The notes under the pieces were generated by a model, which did not search any database, was not told the origin of the DNA, and saw only the letters and a list, made by a program, of their open reading frames with translations. From Patescibacteria group bacterium (GTDB lineage Bacteria > Patescibacteriota > Minisyncoccia > Sungbacterales > JBBTQR01), in assembly GCA_038065595.1 (NCBI GenBank), contig JBBTQR010000011.1, positions 1 to 34,544 on the forward strand: DNA of 34,544 bases, written 5' to 3'. The translations under genes and the position numbers were made by a program. Each line of letters begins with the position of its first letter. Within the stretch, counting starts at the first letter, position 1. This document shows positions 1-9,259 of this stretch, in pieces.

Positions 1-3000
1 AAAGGGATAAAAACCTTGCGCACCCGAAGTTGTTTGAGCAATACGCTGGTTGGTTTTTGTGACATAAAGAGATATGATCGCGCCTTCGTCCGGTCCACCT
101 TCGAATTCTAGGGATATTGATCCCTGAATCACGCCGGTGACTACCTGAGGAGCGCAATTCAATACCAAAGGATGGCAGATGGCATTCAACGCGTTAAGAC
201 GTGGACCGATTGGTTTGTCTGTCTGAATGGAATCGCCCGTTGAGATAAGAACTTGTTTAATTTGAGATGGGGTGAGATGCGGCCTGACGGCTTTAATAAG
301 ACCAGCAACTCCAGTAATCATTGGAGCGGAGGCGGAGGTACCAGAGAAAAATTGGTCATAATCTCTTTGAACTTGTGGCACATCTGGCGGGAAGTTGCCC
401 CTTCCTCTTGGAGCGGGGGCGTAAATACCCATGCCAACGGGAGCAGAGATGCCAACAAACGGACCATAGTTTGAAAAACCAGCCCTTTTATCGTCCATGT
501 TTGTCGCTCCAACCGTAATAACATTATTAAGAAAACTCAAAGCGCCCGGCAGTGAATGAACTGCTTCAATGGCATTGTTTCCCGCGCTAACTACAAATAA
601 TGTAGAGGTTGCCTGTTGAAGTTGCCTTTGATAAGCCATCGAATCGTCAAGAAATTCTTGGTCTGTCTTATAGCATCTCTGCATTAAAATATTGCGAGTA
701 AAAAACGATAGTTCAGAACATTTTGTCAAACCAAAACTCATATTGATAACCTGTGAATTCTTTTCCAAGGCTGCCTCTACGGCACCAGCAATCTGTATTA
801 AAGTAGAGGTAGCGGTATTTTTGGGTCCGCCAATCGGTTTGAATTCTAAAGTATATTGATTTTCAGAAAGAACGCCGGAAAGTATCCCGTTCATCTGCGG
901 ACTATCGGACGGCAAAGCAGCAGTTCGAGAACGGTTATTGGCGCCGATTATTCCTGTAACTTGAGTGCCGTGTCCGCCGGTACGAATACCAAAAAATGTA
1001 CGCTCAGTAAAATCAACCAAAAGCGAGCGATTGACCGAACTGAGATTCACTTCGGGAAAATTAAACTCTTGATGAATAGCCTCTACTCCAAAATCAACAA
1101 CTCCGACAATAACGGGTGACAACGGAGGTGTAGCGTTTGCCACCGCATCCCACGCCTGTTGGATTTTGATAATATCGTACGCTTTAGCAAGAGAGCTGTT
1201 TTGATTCCTAAGATTTTCTAGATCATATTTTATCTGCGATGCCGCTTGTGCTTCGTATCCAAAAGTCCTTAGTAAGTATGGCATCGCAGGCATAAAGGGC
1301 GTTGTCGCCAATATAAATCTGACAAATATTAGAAAAGCGCCTCCAGCCATTAAAACAAACAGCAATACAATAGCGATTAAAACTCTGCGTTTCCTAAAAT
1401 TTCTTTTGAGATATACTACTCCGAATGTTAGGGCATAAACATATAATAAATTAAAGATACTGCCGACTACGCTAAGTCCAAAGACATCAAAAGGATACCC
1501 GCCAGTTATGAAAGGAATACCAAGGTTAGTGTTTGGGACGCCACCATAGCGAAATACACCCAAATCAATCGCCCAACTGAACGGGAACAACAAAAATATC
1601 ACCGACAATGCGACATACCACCAAAAATGAACATTGCTGTAAAATAATTTATCTTTTATAATTTTAAGATGGTAAAGCTTGTCTCGTTTGATGTACAAAT
1701 AATATACGGATAAAAACAATGCCGTCAAAAATAAAATTAAAAATTCAGAGGTTGTAAAAATAATTTTTACAACCGCGGGGGTCATTTCATCAATTTTTGA
1801 AAGAGTTTCAATCCCATCTAACGGAAAGACTAATTCCGGAACAACAAAATTCCTAAACACCCCATCAATTTGGGGATTTGTCCGCAAAGCGTTTATTAAA
1901 TTTTCTAATTCTTGAATTGTGCTGGCAGAAACTTCGATCTGATAAAGATTGATTGAGGAAACGACTCCCACAACGCGGCCATTGATGCTTGCGACTATAT
2001 CTTGAGCGTCTAAAATGGTTGCCTCGGGCATTAAAGAAACCAGTATTTCATTTATCGGATAAACACCACCATCCGGGTCAGTAATAATATCTTCCGGTTT
2101 CGCTATTTTAAATCCCGTTTGTTCTAAACTCAAAATTGAATCTTTTCCAATTTTAATCTTCCCCGCCACAATCCGCCCCCTTACTGTGCTTTCTTTTTCA
2201 ATATAAACATTCGCCTTTGGCGCCAAGAGTTTGAAATTAAGGAATGAGTTTTTGCCGAATATAACGGGTCTGCCGATCTTGCCGTCTTTATATTCTTTCT
2301 CATCGTGGAGAAGATTGATTTCGTCATCATCGTCTTCTTGTTCGTCTTTTTCTTTCTTGGGCTTAATACCGAGATAGTTGATTTTAAGATCGTCGGGCTT
2401 TTGATTTAGACCTGGGAGAATTGAAACTTTGTCATATCCGCGCAATTTGAACTGAATGTTTATGGTGGTTGGAGCGTTAAAAATCAAAACAGCTCCGCCT
2501 TTCAATTCAAGTATACGGATATTGTAAATACCGCCCGTGAGAGTAAGGCGAGAGTTCTTTTCAAGAGTTATATTTCGGTAGTTTCCCGCTGGAAGAGTGT
2601 TTGTTGTACCCTCAAGCTTGAAGTCTTCTGTACCTATTTGAAATTCAGGAATCTCCGGAAGATTGGCTATTGGAAGTTGTATGCGGTTAGTTTGCGTTCC
2701 AAGTATTTGAGAGTCCTTATGGAGTTTAAGTTTATTAAATGACGCGTTTCCGTTGATTGATGTGTTTTTGTCTATGGTGATTGTATCCGCAAAGAGATTG
2801 CCGTTTACAATTATGTCTTTTTCAATGTCTATTTTTCCGTTTGAACCAACATCTCCGCTTGATACTTGAGTGTCTTGTTCGAGTTTGATTTCTTCTTGAG
2901 CAAAGAGGACGAACTGATCGGTAGAACCGAAAAGTGGCGTACCACTAAAGTTGAACGCCACAAACGCAATACCGCCAATAGCAAACGCAGAGATGATGTG

Positions 3001-3027
3001 GTGTTTTTTGCTGGGAGTCGTAAACAT
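1..3027 (-). CDS. Membrane-anchored S8 (subtilisin-family) serine protease, >1009 aa, 3' end beyond the window edge
   Basis: Not in the ORF track because there is no stop in the window. Manual translation from ATG 3027 (overlapping the upstream TAA) stays open to base 1. Catalytic motifs: VIVGVVDFG (Asp ~1095), GHGTQVTGII (His ~972), VINMSFG, VVSAGN, SGTSASAP (Ser ~336). Also a hydrophobic N-terminus, a beta-rich N-domain, a propeptide-like segment and 4 predicted TM helices before the catalytic domain. Confidence 0.92.
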   Translation of the reverse strand, partial: MFTTPSKKHHIISAFAIGGIAFVAFNFSGTPLFGSTDQFVLFAQEEIKLEQDTQVSSGDVGSNGKIDIEKDIIVNGNLFADTITIDKNTSINGNASFNKLKLHKDSQILGTQTNRIQLPIANLPEIPEFQIGTEDFKLEGTTNTLPAGNYRNITLEKNSRLTLTGGIYNIRILELKGGAVLIFNAPTTINIQFKLRGYDKVSILPGLNQKPDDLKINYLGIKPKKEKDEQEDDDDEINLLHDEKEYKDGKIGRPVIFGKNSFLNFKLLAPKANVYIEKESTVRGRIVAGKIKIGKDSILSLEQTGFKIAKPEDIITDPDGGVYPINEILVSLMPEATILDAQDIVASINGRVVGVVSSINLYQIEVSASTIQELENLINALRTNPQIDGVFRNFVVPELVFPLDGIETLSKIDEMTPAVVKIIFTTSEFLILFLTALFLSVYYLYIKRDKLYHLKIIKDKLFYSNVHFWWYVALSVIFLLFPFSWAIDLGVFRYGGVPNTNLGIPFITGGYPFDVFGLSVVGSIFNLLYVYALTFGVVYLKRNFRKRRVLIAIVLLFVLMAGGAFLIFVRFILATTPFMPAMPYLLRTFGYEAQAASQIKYDLENLRNQNSSLAKAYDIIKIQQAWDAVANATPPLSPVIVGVVDFGVEAIHQEFNFPEVNLSSVNRSLLVDFTERTFFGIRTGGHGTQVTGIIGANNRSRTAALPSDSPQMNGILSGVLSENQYTLEFKPIGGPKNTATSTLIQIAGAVEAALEKNSQVINMSFGLTKCSELSFFTRNILMQRCYKTDQEFLDDSMAYQRQLQQATSTLFVVSAGNNAIEAVHSLPGALSFLNNVITVGATNMDDKRAGFSNYGPFVGISAPVGMGIYAPAPRGRGNFPPDVPQVQRDYDQFFSGTSASAPMITGVAGLIKAVRPHLTPSQIKQVLISTGDSIQTDKPIGPRLNALNAICHPLVLNCAPQVVTGVIQGSISLEFEGGPDEGAIISLYVTKTNQRIAQTTSGAQGFYPF

Positions 3028-5540
3028 TATTGTTTTTTTGGATTAAGATAGCGGTTCACGCCAAAGCCCAAAAGTGCCGTCAAAAACAGCGACACGAAAA
3101 GATTTGTCCACCATCCGCCGAGTTGAAATGGCGGCGTTTTCTGAACGGCGTCTTCGCCGTGCGTGTGATCAGTATGCCCATCTCCAGCCGTTTCAATTAC
3201 GCGCCTGGTGTTCATCGGCATTGATTCTGATTCGGTAGTGCTATCACCATGCGACATGGTCGACATAGCACCCATACTCGGCGATGATTCAATTTTCACG
3301 ATTTCTTCAATGCTCAAAATCGGGCTTGATCCTTCATACGCGAAAACAGAAACCATTCCCGCGCTCGCGTGATGTATGTGATGGCAATGAAAAAGCCATA
3401 CGCCGGGATTTTCCGCAGAAAAAATTATATCTGCCGTCTCCCCCGGAAGAACGGTCAATGTATTACGCGTTTCGCGATTTTCAGGCCGTATGGCGTTTCC
3501 ATCGCGTGCGACAACGGAAAATTGATGTCCGTGAAGATGCATTGGATGAAACTCAGCCGTCCCAGCGTTAATCATTCTGATAAGAACTTTCTCTCCCTTT
3601 TTTACGGGAAGAATATCGGTAAACGGAAATGTTCTGCCGTTAATGGTAAATGTATTAAAGTTTGGAATAACACCCTGCTCGCCTGCGCCATGAACATGTG
3701 TGACGGCGGAATTGATGCCTCCATTAATGTCCCATTCGTCAAGAACGAATGTGTATTCTCTCTCGTACGAATATGCCGGTTTTTTCGGTTCAATAATAAA
3801 CGCGCCGGACAATCCCATATCAAGCTGTTGCGCCGCCGTCATATGCGTACTGCCGTGCGTGTGATACATTTTCGTGCCCGCGGGCTTTGCCGTAAATTCA
3901 TACACATATTCCTCTCCGGGAAGAATGGCCAACTGTGTTACGCCCGGCACGCCATCCGCCTCCCACTCAACATCAACCCCGTGCCAATGGACGCTCGTCC
4001 CGTTTCCAGACGGCAAACTATTTTTTACGATAACTCGTACTTTTTCTCCTTCGTTTACTCTGATTTCCGGACCTGGAATTTGTCCGTTATACCCCCACAC
4101 ATGAACCCATTTTCCTTCCGCGTATTCCCAACGGAACTCCTGCGCGTCAAGACGAAATTCTTTTGCGCCGTCTTTCATTACAAACGGAAGTGTCGCGATG
4201 CGGTCTTTTGGAGTGCGCAACGGCAAAGACAAAAGCGCGGAAACATCCGGCATCGCGCTATGCGCTTGTTCACTCATCGTTCCCGACGGTTCATTCGCGT
4301 GTCCGTTTGCGCCGTCATGACCATGTCCGCCGTTCATCTCTCCGTTCTCCGTCATCGCGTGCGAGGATTGCTGCTGCCACAAAAATCTCTGCGGTAAAAA
4401 ATAAACGAAAACGACAACAAATAAAATCGTAAGAACGACAAAACTCAAAAAACGATTGCGCGTCAATTTTTCTTCGCATTTTTTCTCCTCGCCATCCGGC
4501 AAGGCGTTTGCAACGACTTTTCTTTTCCAGTAATACCACCACAGCGGAATTATCCACAGTATCACCAAAATCCAATTCCCCAACCACAACGGAAGTCCAA
4601 AAAGTCCGGGGCCGTCTTCAAGCCCGTGACCATGAGGCGCTTCTTTAAGATTAAATTGATCAATAACCGCACCCAAAAAATATTCCTCTTGAGTTATTTC
4701 TTCCAAAAGCGTGTGCTGTCCAGAATTGACCCACCAGTCATGCGTAAAAAGCCCGAGGACAAGAATAAACGCCGCAACAAAAACCATGCCCCAGCCGGTT
4801 GCTCGTTCAATTTTGTCTTTGCGTTTCACAAGCCACGAAAGCGCGTTCACGCCGAGAATCGCCAAGAATGCCAACAATAATAAGGGAAGAATTCTTCCAA
4901 TCGCATGAACTAAAAAGAGCGTCCAACCATAAAACACATCACCGGACGCGGCGATGCGGGTTAAAATCATTGGGGTTGCCGGATGCGGACATCCAACGCC
5001 GATATTTCCCATAAAAAGACCGAGTAAAAGCGCTTTAAAAACATCGCCCTGCTTTTGAATAAACGCGGGAGCGGCGCCAGAGTATGTCGGCATATGAAAA
5101 TTAAGAAGTCCAATCTCGCTCAACGCAAACAAAAAGGCAAAAATACCGGCGACAAAATAGAGCCAATTTTTAACAACTTCAAGCGGAGCCCCAAGAGTGC
5201 CGATTGCCACTTCGCCGATGAGCGCAGCGATAATTCCATACAAACTCAAAGTAAGCGCGACTCCGATACCAAACGCCAAAGCCATACCCACCCCTTTTGC
5301 AACACCCTTCCCCATTGAAAGCGGAACAATAACGAATGCCAAAGGAAGCGTGCATGGAAGCACGATCATTGTAAGCCCCGCGGCAAAACTAAAAAGATAC
5401 CATCCCAGTCCTACTGGCGTATCGCCACTGCTCAAAAAGAAAAACCAAAAAATACCAAAAACCATCGCGGCAAAAAGCCCAATGATTGAATACACAAGAA
5501 CCGTTCTTATGCTATTTGTGCCGTTTGATTGTTGTTCCAT
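3027..5540 (-). CDS. Fusion of a CcdA/DsbD-type transmembrane domain and a two-domain multicopper oxidase, with His-rich linkers and a C-terminal TM anchor
   Basis: The N-terminal polytopic domain has the two membrane cysteines (VLPCTLP; GCPHP). The C-terminal half has the cupredoxin motifs SVHWHG, MYHTH, HPMHLHGH and WLFHCHHIHHASAGM. Confidence 0.85.
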   Translation of the reverse strand: MEQQSNGTNSIRTVLVYSIIGLFAAMVFGIFWFFFLSSGDTPVGLGWYLFSFAAGLTMIVLPCTLPLAFVIVPLSMGKGVAKGVGMALAFGIGVALTLSLYGIIAALIGEVAIGTLGAPLEVVKNWLYFVAGIFAFLFALSEIGLLNFHMPTYSGAAPAFIQKQGDVFKALLLGLFMGNIGVGCPHPATPMILTRIAASGDVFYGWTLFLVHAIGRILPLLLLAFLAILGVNALSWLVKRKDKIERATGWGMVFVAAFILVLGLFTHDWWVNSGQHTLLEEITQEEYFLGAVIDQFNLKEAPHGHGLEDGPGLFGLPLWLGNWILVILWIIPLWWYYWKRKVVANALPDGEEKKCEEKLTRNRFLSFVVLTILFVVVFVYFLPQRFLWQQQSSHAMTENGEMNGGHGHDGANGHANEPSGTMSEQAHSAMPDVSALLSLPLRTPKDRIATLPFVMKDGAKEFRLDAQEFRWEYAEGKWVHVWGYNGQIPGPEIRVNEGEKVRVIVKNSLPSGNGTSVHWHGVDVEWEADGVPGVTQLAILPGEEYVYEFTAKPAGTKMYHTHGSTHMTAAQQLDMGLSGAFIIEPKKPAYSYEREYTFVLDEWDINGGINSAVTHVHGAGEQGVIPNFNTFTINGRTFPFTDILPVKKGEKVLIRMINAGTAEFHPMHLHGHQFSVVARDGNAIRPENRETRNTLTVLPGETADIIFSAENPGVWLFHCHHIHHASAGMVSVFAYEGSSPILSIEEIVKIESSPSMGAMSTMSHGDSTTESESMPMNTRRVIETAGDGHTDHTHGEDAVQKTPPFQLGGWWTNLFVSLFLTALLGFGVNRYLNPKKQ

Positions 5541-6109
5541 AATTTTTTAATTTCTTTAGAAAAACTTATTATGATAAGTGTAATTGCGGGTATGTACATA
5601 AGATTTAAACCGACATATTCATCGCCGAAAATATTTTTTCCGTTCATAAGTCCTGCGATTGAAACGCCGACAAGCCCCACACAATACAAAACTGAAAATA
5701 TCTTAAGCCATCGCGCAGTTATTTCGTTTTGTCTTTCATTTTGAAAGTTGGCCGTCATCATAAAAATTGCCAAACCAGACGACATAATCGCAACATCTCG
5801 AAATGAAATCTGATCCGATCCATACAACACAAGAATCAACGCCATCTCAAACGCCATAAAAAGCCCCAAGATACCAACCCATTTTGATTTCAAAAACCAT
5901 GCAAAAAAAAGCATTCCAATAACGAACTCAATCGCGCCCTGAAACTTGAGATATGAGTCAACTGCGATTCCGATATCCGCAAGCATTCTTGAAAACCATC
6001 CAGGAACATAAAAGTACCACTGCGCTGAATGAAAAAAGAGTCCCCATCCGCTGTACAGATAGATATAACCGACTCCCGCGCGAAGAATCCAATACGCAAG
6101 TCCGTCCAT
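5507..6109 (-). CDS. DoxX-like membrane protein
   Basis: 200-aa hydrophobic ORF with LRAGVG..YLYSG, G.IEF..G and RDVAI motifs typical of DoxX/MauE-like proteins. It abuts the thioredoxin stop codon. Confidence 0.6.
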   Translation of the reverse strand: MDGLAYWILRAGVGYIYLYSGWGLFFHSAQWYFYVPGWFSRMLADIGIAVDSYLKFQGAIEFVIGMLFFAWFLKSKWVGILGLFMAFEMALILVLYGSDQISFRDVAIMSSGLAIFMMTANFQNERQNEITARWLKIFSVLYCVGLVGVSIAGLMNGKNIFGDEYVGLNLMYIPAITLIIISFSKEIKKLWNNNQTAQIA

Positions 6110-6373
6110 TTATGATAACTCTTTTAATCTAGTTAAAAAACTCGTCTCATCATATCCACCCGTTGAAAAAAGCTCGCCATTTATAATAATCCCCGGAGAA
6201 GAAAATATCTGAAATTTTTGGACGAGCTCCTGTGCTTTTTCAGATTCCACAATATCAAGAACTTCGGTTGTTATATTTGAAAACTCTGCTTTGTGCGTTT
6301 CCCAAAAACTTAAAAAACGATGACATATCTGACACCCTGGCGTCTTTAAAATTTGAAGTTGTACTGATTTCAC
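6110..6373 (-). CDS. Small thioredoxin/glutaredoxin-like protein
   Basis: 87 aa with TPGCQIC (CxxC) and the cis-Pro motif SSPGIIING. An extended -10 (TGGTATACT) lies just upstream. Confidence 0.85.
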   Translation of the reverse strand: MKSVQLQILKTPGCQICHRFLSFWETHKAEFSNITTEVLDIVESEKAQELVQKFQIFSSPGIIINGELFSTGGYDETSFLTRLKELS

Positions 6374-6528
6374 AATATGTAATTGTTTTTAGTATACCAA
6401 AATCAATCTCAAAAGTCCCAATTTTTATCCACAGAAACCACAAACGCTATCCTAAATATTCCGGCAAACTTACCGCCACAATGTTGCTATCTTGTCCTCC
6501 CAATGTTTAAAGGCAAAACCTCTAAAAA

Positions 6529-6624
6529 TCAAAACCCTGCTATATGCGTTTCCCAAAATTCAAAAAAACGATGACGCATCTGACGCCTTGGCGTCTTTAA
6601 TGCTTTGGGCAAGACTGGCTTCAT
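6529..6624 (-). pseudogene. Decayed tandem copy of the thioredoxin gene 5' end
   Basis: Translates MKPVLPKALKTPRRQMRHRFFEFWETHIAGF*, which aligns without gaps to MKSVQLQILKTPGCQICHRFLSFWETHKAEF. Both Cys are lost and there is a premature TGA. Confidence 0.75.
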
Positions 6625-6739
6625 CCCACGCATAATGTACACAGCGAAGCAAATTTTTTAAAAATAGTAGCGCTCTATGTTTTGATTTTGAAACAAAAAT
6701 TTTGAACATTCGCTATAACACGCTATACTTATAAATATC

Positions 6740-7258
6740 ATGGACGAAGCAACGGTGCCCAATAATCAAGCTGATAAAAACAAAAATATTCATACGCCGA
6801 TTGAAGAAATCTCATGGACAGCGCCTGAATATACTACCCGCGAAAAATCACGCGGATGGTTTTTATCAATAACCCTCATCGGTGGAGCGGGAATTATTTT
6901 TTCCGTTATTCTTAATAACATTCTATTTGCTGTTTTTCTTTTTCTTGCGTTCTTTCTGCTTTTCGTGTATCAAATACGCACTCCTCGCGAACTGCAATTT
7001 TCAATTACCAAACAGGGTGTCCTCGTTCATACGCGACTTTTTGAATACGCACATCTTCAATCGTTTTGGATTTTCCAGCACGAAACTGGAGAAAATGAAT
7101 TATCGCTCATAAGTAAAAAAACCGCCATGCCCCACATACGGATTCCGTTAAACAAAGTGGATCCTGATAAAATTAAAAAAACGCTTCTATTATTCATCCC
7201 AGAAGAGCACCAGGAAGAATCACTTATTGATATCGTTGCCAGACAAATAGGGCTTTAG
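6740..7258 (+). CDS. Conserved CPR-type membrane protein (2 TM plus a PH-like C-terminal domain; DUF5673-like)
   Basis: 172-aa ORF with W.APEY..REKS.GW, two TM helices and a FWI motif. TATACT lies directly upstream and there is no SD. The family name is from recall. Confidence 0.65.
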   Translation: MDEATVPNNQADKNKNIHTPIEEISWTAPEYTTREKSRGWFLSITLIGGAGIIFSVILNNILFAVFLFLAFFLLFVYQIRTPRELQFSITKQGVLVHTRLFEYAHLQSFWIFQHETGENELSLISKKTAMPHIRIPLNKVDPDKIKKTLLLFIPEEHQEESLIDIVARQIGL

Positions 7259-7406
7259 CAAATCACGCGCCTTTTCCGCCATAAACCATTTAATAAGCTC
7301 TATACTTCGGCAAAAAAAGCGTCAATCGTTTCCTTGTCCGCTAAAATTTCAAACAAGCAACGGACTCCATGCATTTTGTAAGCAAACATTCAGTAAAATA
7401 AATCTT

Positions 7407-7478
7407 GCGCCCATCGTTCAACGGATAGGACACAAGCTTGCGGAGCTTGTAATTGAGGTTCGATTCCTCATGGGCGCA
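7407..7478 (+). tRNA. tRNA-Arg(GCG)
   Basis: Cloverleaf: acceptor GCGCCCA/TGGGCGC, anticodon arm CAAGC-TT-GCG-GA-GCTTG (anticodon 7440-7442), T arm TGAGG-TTCGATT-CCTCA. No encoded CCA. Confidence 0.95.
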
Positions 7479-7506
7479 CAATTCATAACTTGGTCGGAAA
7501 ATTCCC

Positions 7507-7524
7507 CCGCGCGCTTGCGCGCGG
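7507..7524. repeat. REP-like palindrome CCGCGCGC-TT-GCGCGCGG
   Basis: Perfect 8-bp inverted repeat with the same GC-TT-GC apex as 19555-19574. Confidence 0.55.
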
Positions 7525-7606
7525 TGAGGAGAAGGGGGTGGGGCGATGTGTCAAAGACACAGCGAAACCCCGGCTTTCGCCGTCAAAAGCGAAAGGATTC
7601 CTCATG

Positions 7607-7655
7607 GACACCACATACAAAAAACGGCTTAACGCCGTTTTTTGTATGTGGTGTC
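7607..7655. repeat. Perfect 22-bp inverted repeat containing copy 1 (7619-7644) of a 26-bp direct repeat
   Basis: GACACCACATACAAAAAACGGC-TTAAC-GCCGTTTTTTGTATGTGGTGTC. Confidence 0.85.
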
Positions 7656-7877
7656 ATCGCGTATTTATTTCAAAAAACCGCCCTAACACGCCCTCGTTCG
7701 TTAACACGATAGGTTATCAACACCCCTTACCTTGTTTTTGTTTTAATCAAGCGTATTATTAAGGCTTAAAGTGGGCTAACGCTTACTTTAATGATATGTG
7801 CTGTTTTTATTTTAAAGTGCTTACGCTTTAATTTAAAATTAAAATATTACAAAATAAATAAATTAAAAAATAATCCT

Positions 7878-9251
7878 ATGATTTTTTTTGCACCTGTTGC
7901 ACCTGCGAATTTTTTTAAACTGTTTCTTGGGCTCTTTATTATGCTCATACTGCCCGTTTCTACTTTTGGCAGTTCTCATTCGCCCGTCTCCCCTCTCAAT
8001 ACCATAGAGCCCGTCATACAACTTGTCGCGGATGTTAATTTACAAGATTGTACCTATACACAATCGCTTTCAGCAAACCAATCCATAACGATAGTATGCG
8101 ATATTACCAATAAACTCGGCAATCAAGGCGATATTCGTTACGGCGTACGGCTCACCAAGGGCGAAGGAGATACTCAAGAGCTCATAGATACCAAGGTATA
8201 TACGCAAGCACTCTCGTTAAAAACTAATCAAACCATTAAACATAGTATAGAGTATACTCCGCCAGGTTATCTGCAGGGTGAATATGGATTATTTGGCTTT
8301 CTTCAAACATCCGACGGACTGCCTCTCGCGTCTAACTTTTTAGGCAAAATTATTTTAAAAGCCACAATACCATCGTATTTAGAAATCAAAAGCAACACCT
8401 GCTCTCTTCACATTCAAGGCGAACCAAAAACAACGACATACGCTATGCAGCAAGGGGTTGATATTGACCAGAACGAAGTAATAGAGGGAACATGCGTTGT
8501 TGAAGCACACACCACCGGAGATACCACCATAACCCCTTCCTTTGTAACATATCAAAAGAGCGTTTTTGGCGAAATCGTTTCCGATACGAAAGAAACTCAA
8601 AAACAATTTTCTTTTAAGAAAAACGAAACAAAAACAGTTTCATTTACACTTCCAAAAGCATCGGTTCCGCAATCCTATGACGCTGTTTTTTCACTCATAT
8701 CTTCGGATGGAAAGGTTGTATCAAATGAAGTTCCCATTCACTATGTTTTACGAGGTCCAAGCGCGACAATAAGAAATGTATTGCTTGATAAAGATTATTA
8801 TACAGCAGGAGATACGGCGCATGTTTCTGTGTTTTGGACGGGATCAGCAGATTCTTTTTTTGGAGCCAGAAAACCACCAACAAATACCACAGCACAAAAT
8901 CTTGTTATTTCTATTAAAGACGCTAATAACGCCCCTTGCTCAAAAGAAACCCGTTTTGTGATACCTGCAAATGAAAGCGAACGCAATGCCATGGCGGACT
9001 ACTCCCTTCCTATAACTAATCTTTGTGCAAATCCTCAGGTGATGACTCAAATTGTAGATGCTATTGATGCCGTTCTTGCTCAAAAAACAATCGGATTTAC
9101 GAGCGATTCAGTTCAGGGATATGTTGCGCCGAAAGAAGAAATTGCTTTCAAACAAAATTTCATGCTGTATGGTTTATTCGCCGTATTGCTCACAATTATT
9201 AGTGTCTTCGGAGGAATTATGTTTATAAAAAATAGAAATAAAGTAATATAA
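7878..9251 (+). CDS. Exported, C-terminally anchored hypothetical protein (probably several beta-sandwich domains)
   Basis: The ORF track gives 7791; ATG 7878 gives a signal-peptide-like N-terminus. The body is Thr/Ser/Val-rich, with a C-terminal TM helix and a basic tail. Confidence 0.7.
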   Translation: MIFFAPVAPANFFKLFLGLFIMLILPVSTFGSSHSPVSPLNTIEPVIQLVADVNLQDCTYTQSLSANQSITIVCDITNKLGNQGDIRYGVRLTKGEGDTQELIDTKVYTQALSLKTNQTIKHSIEYTPPGYLQGEYGLFGFLQTSDGLPLASNFLGKIILKATIPSYLEIKSNTCSLHIQGEPKTTTYAMQQGVDIDQNEVIEGTCVVEAHTTGDTTITPSFVTYQKSVFGEIVSDTKETQKQFSFKKNETKTVSFTLPKASVPQSYDAVFSLISSDGKVVSNEVPIHYVLRGPSATIRNVLLDKDYYTAGDTAHVSVFWTGSADSFFGARKPPTNTTAQNLVISIKDANNAPCSKETRFVIPANESERNAMADYSLPITNLCANPQVMTQIVDAIDAVLAQKTIGFTSDSVQGYVAPKEEIAFKQNFMLYGLFAVLLTIISVFGGIMFIKNRNKVI

Positions 9252-9259
9252 AACATACC

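Noticed and set aside
3369-4397. 342-aa plus-strand ORF
   Set aside because: Antisense shadow of the multicopper oxidase domain; Arg-rich with no motifs.
7470-7762. Short ORFs after tRNA-Arg
   Set aside because: They overlap the tRNA end and palindromic repeats and show no protein features.
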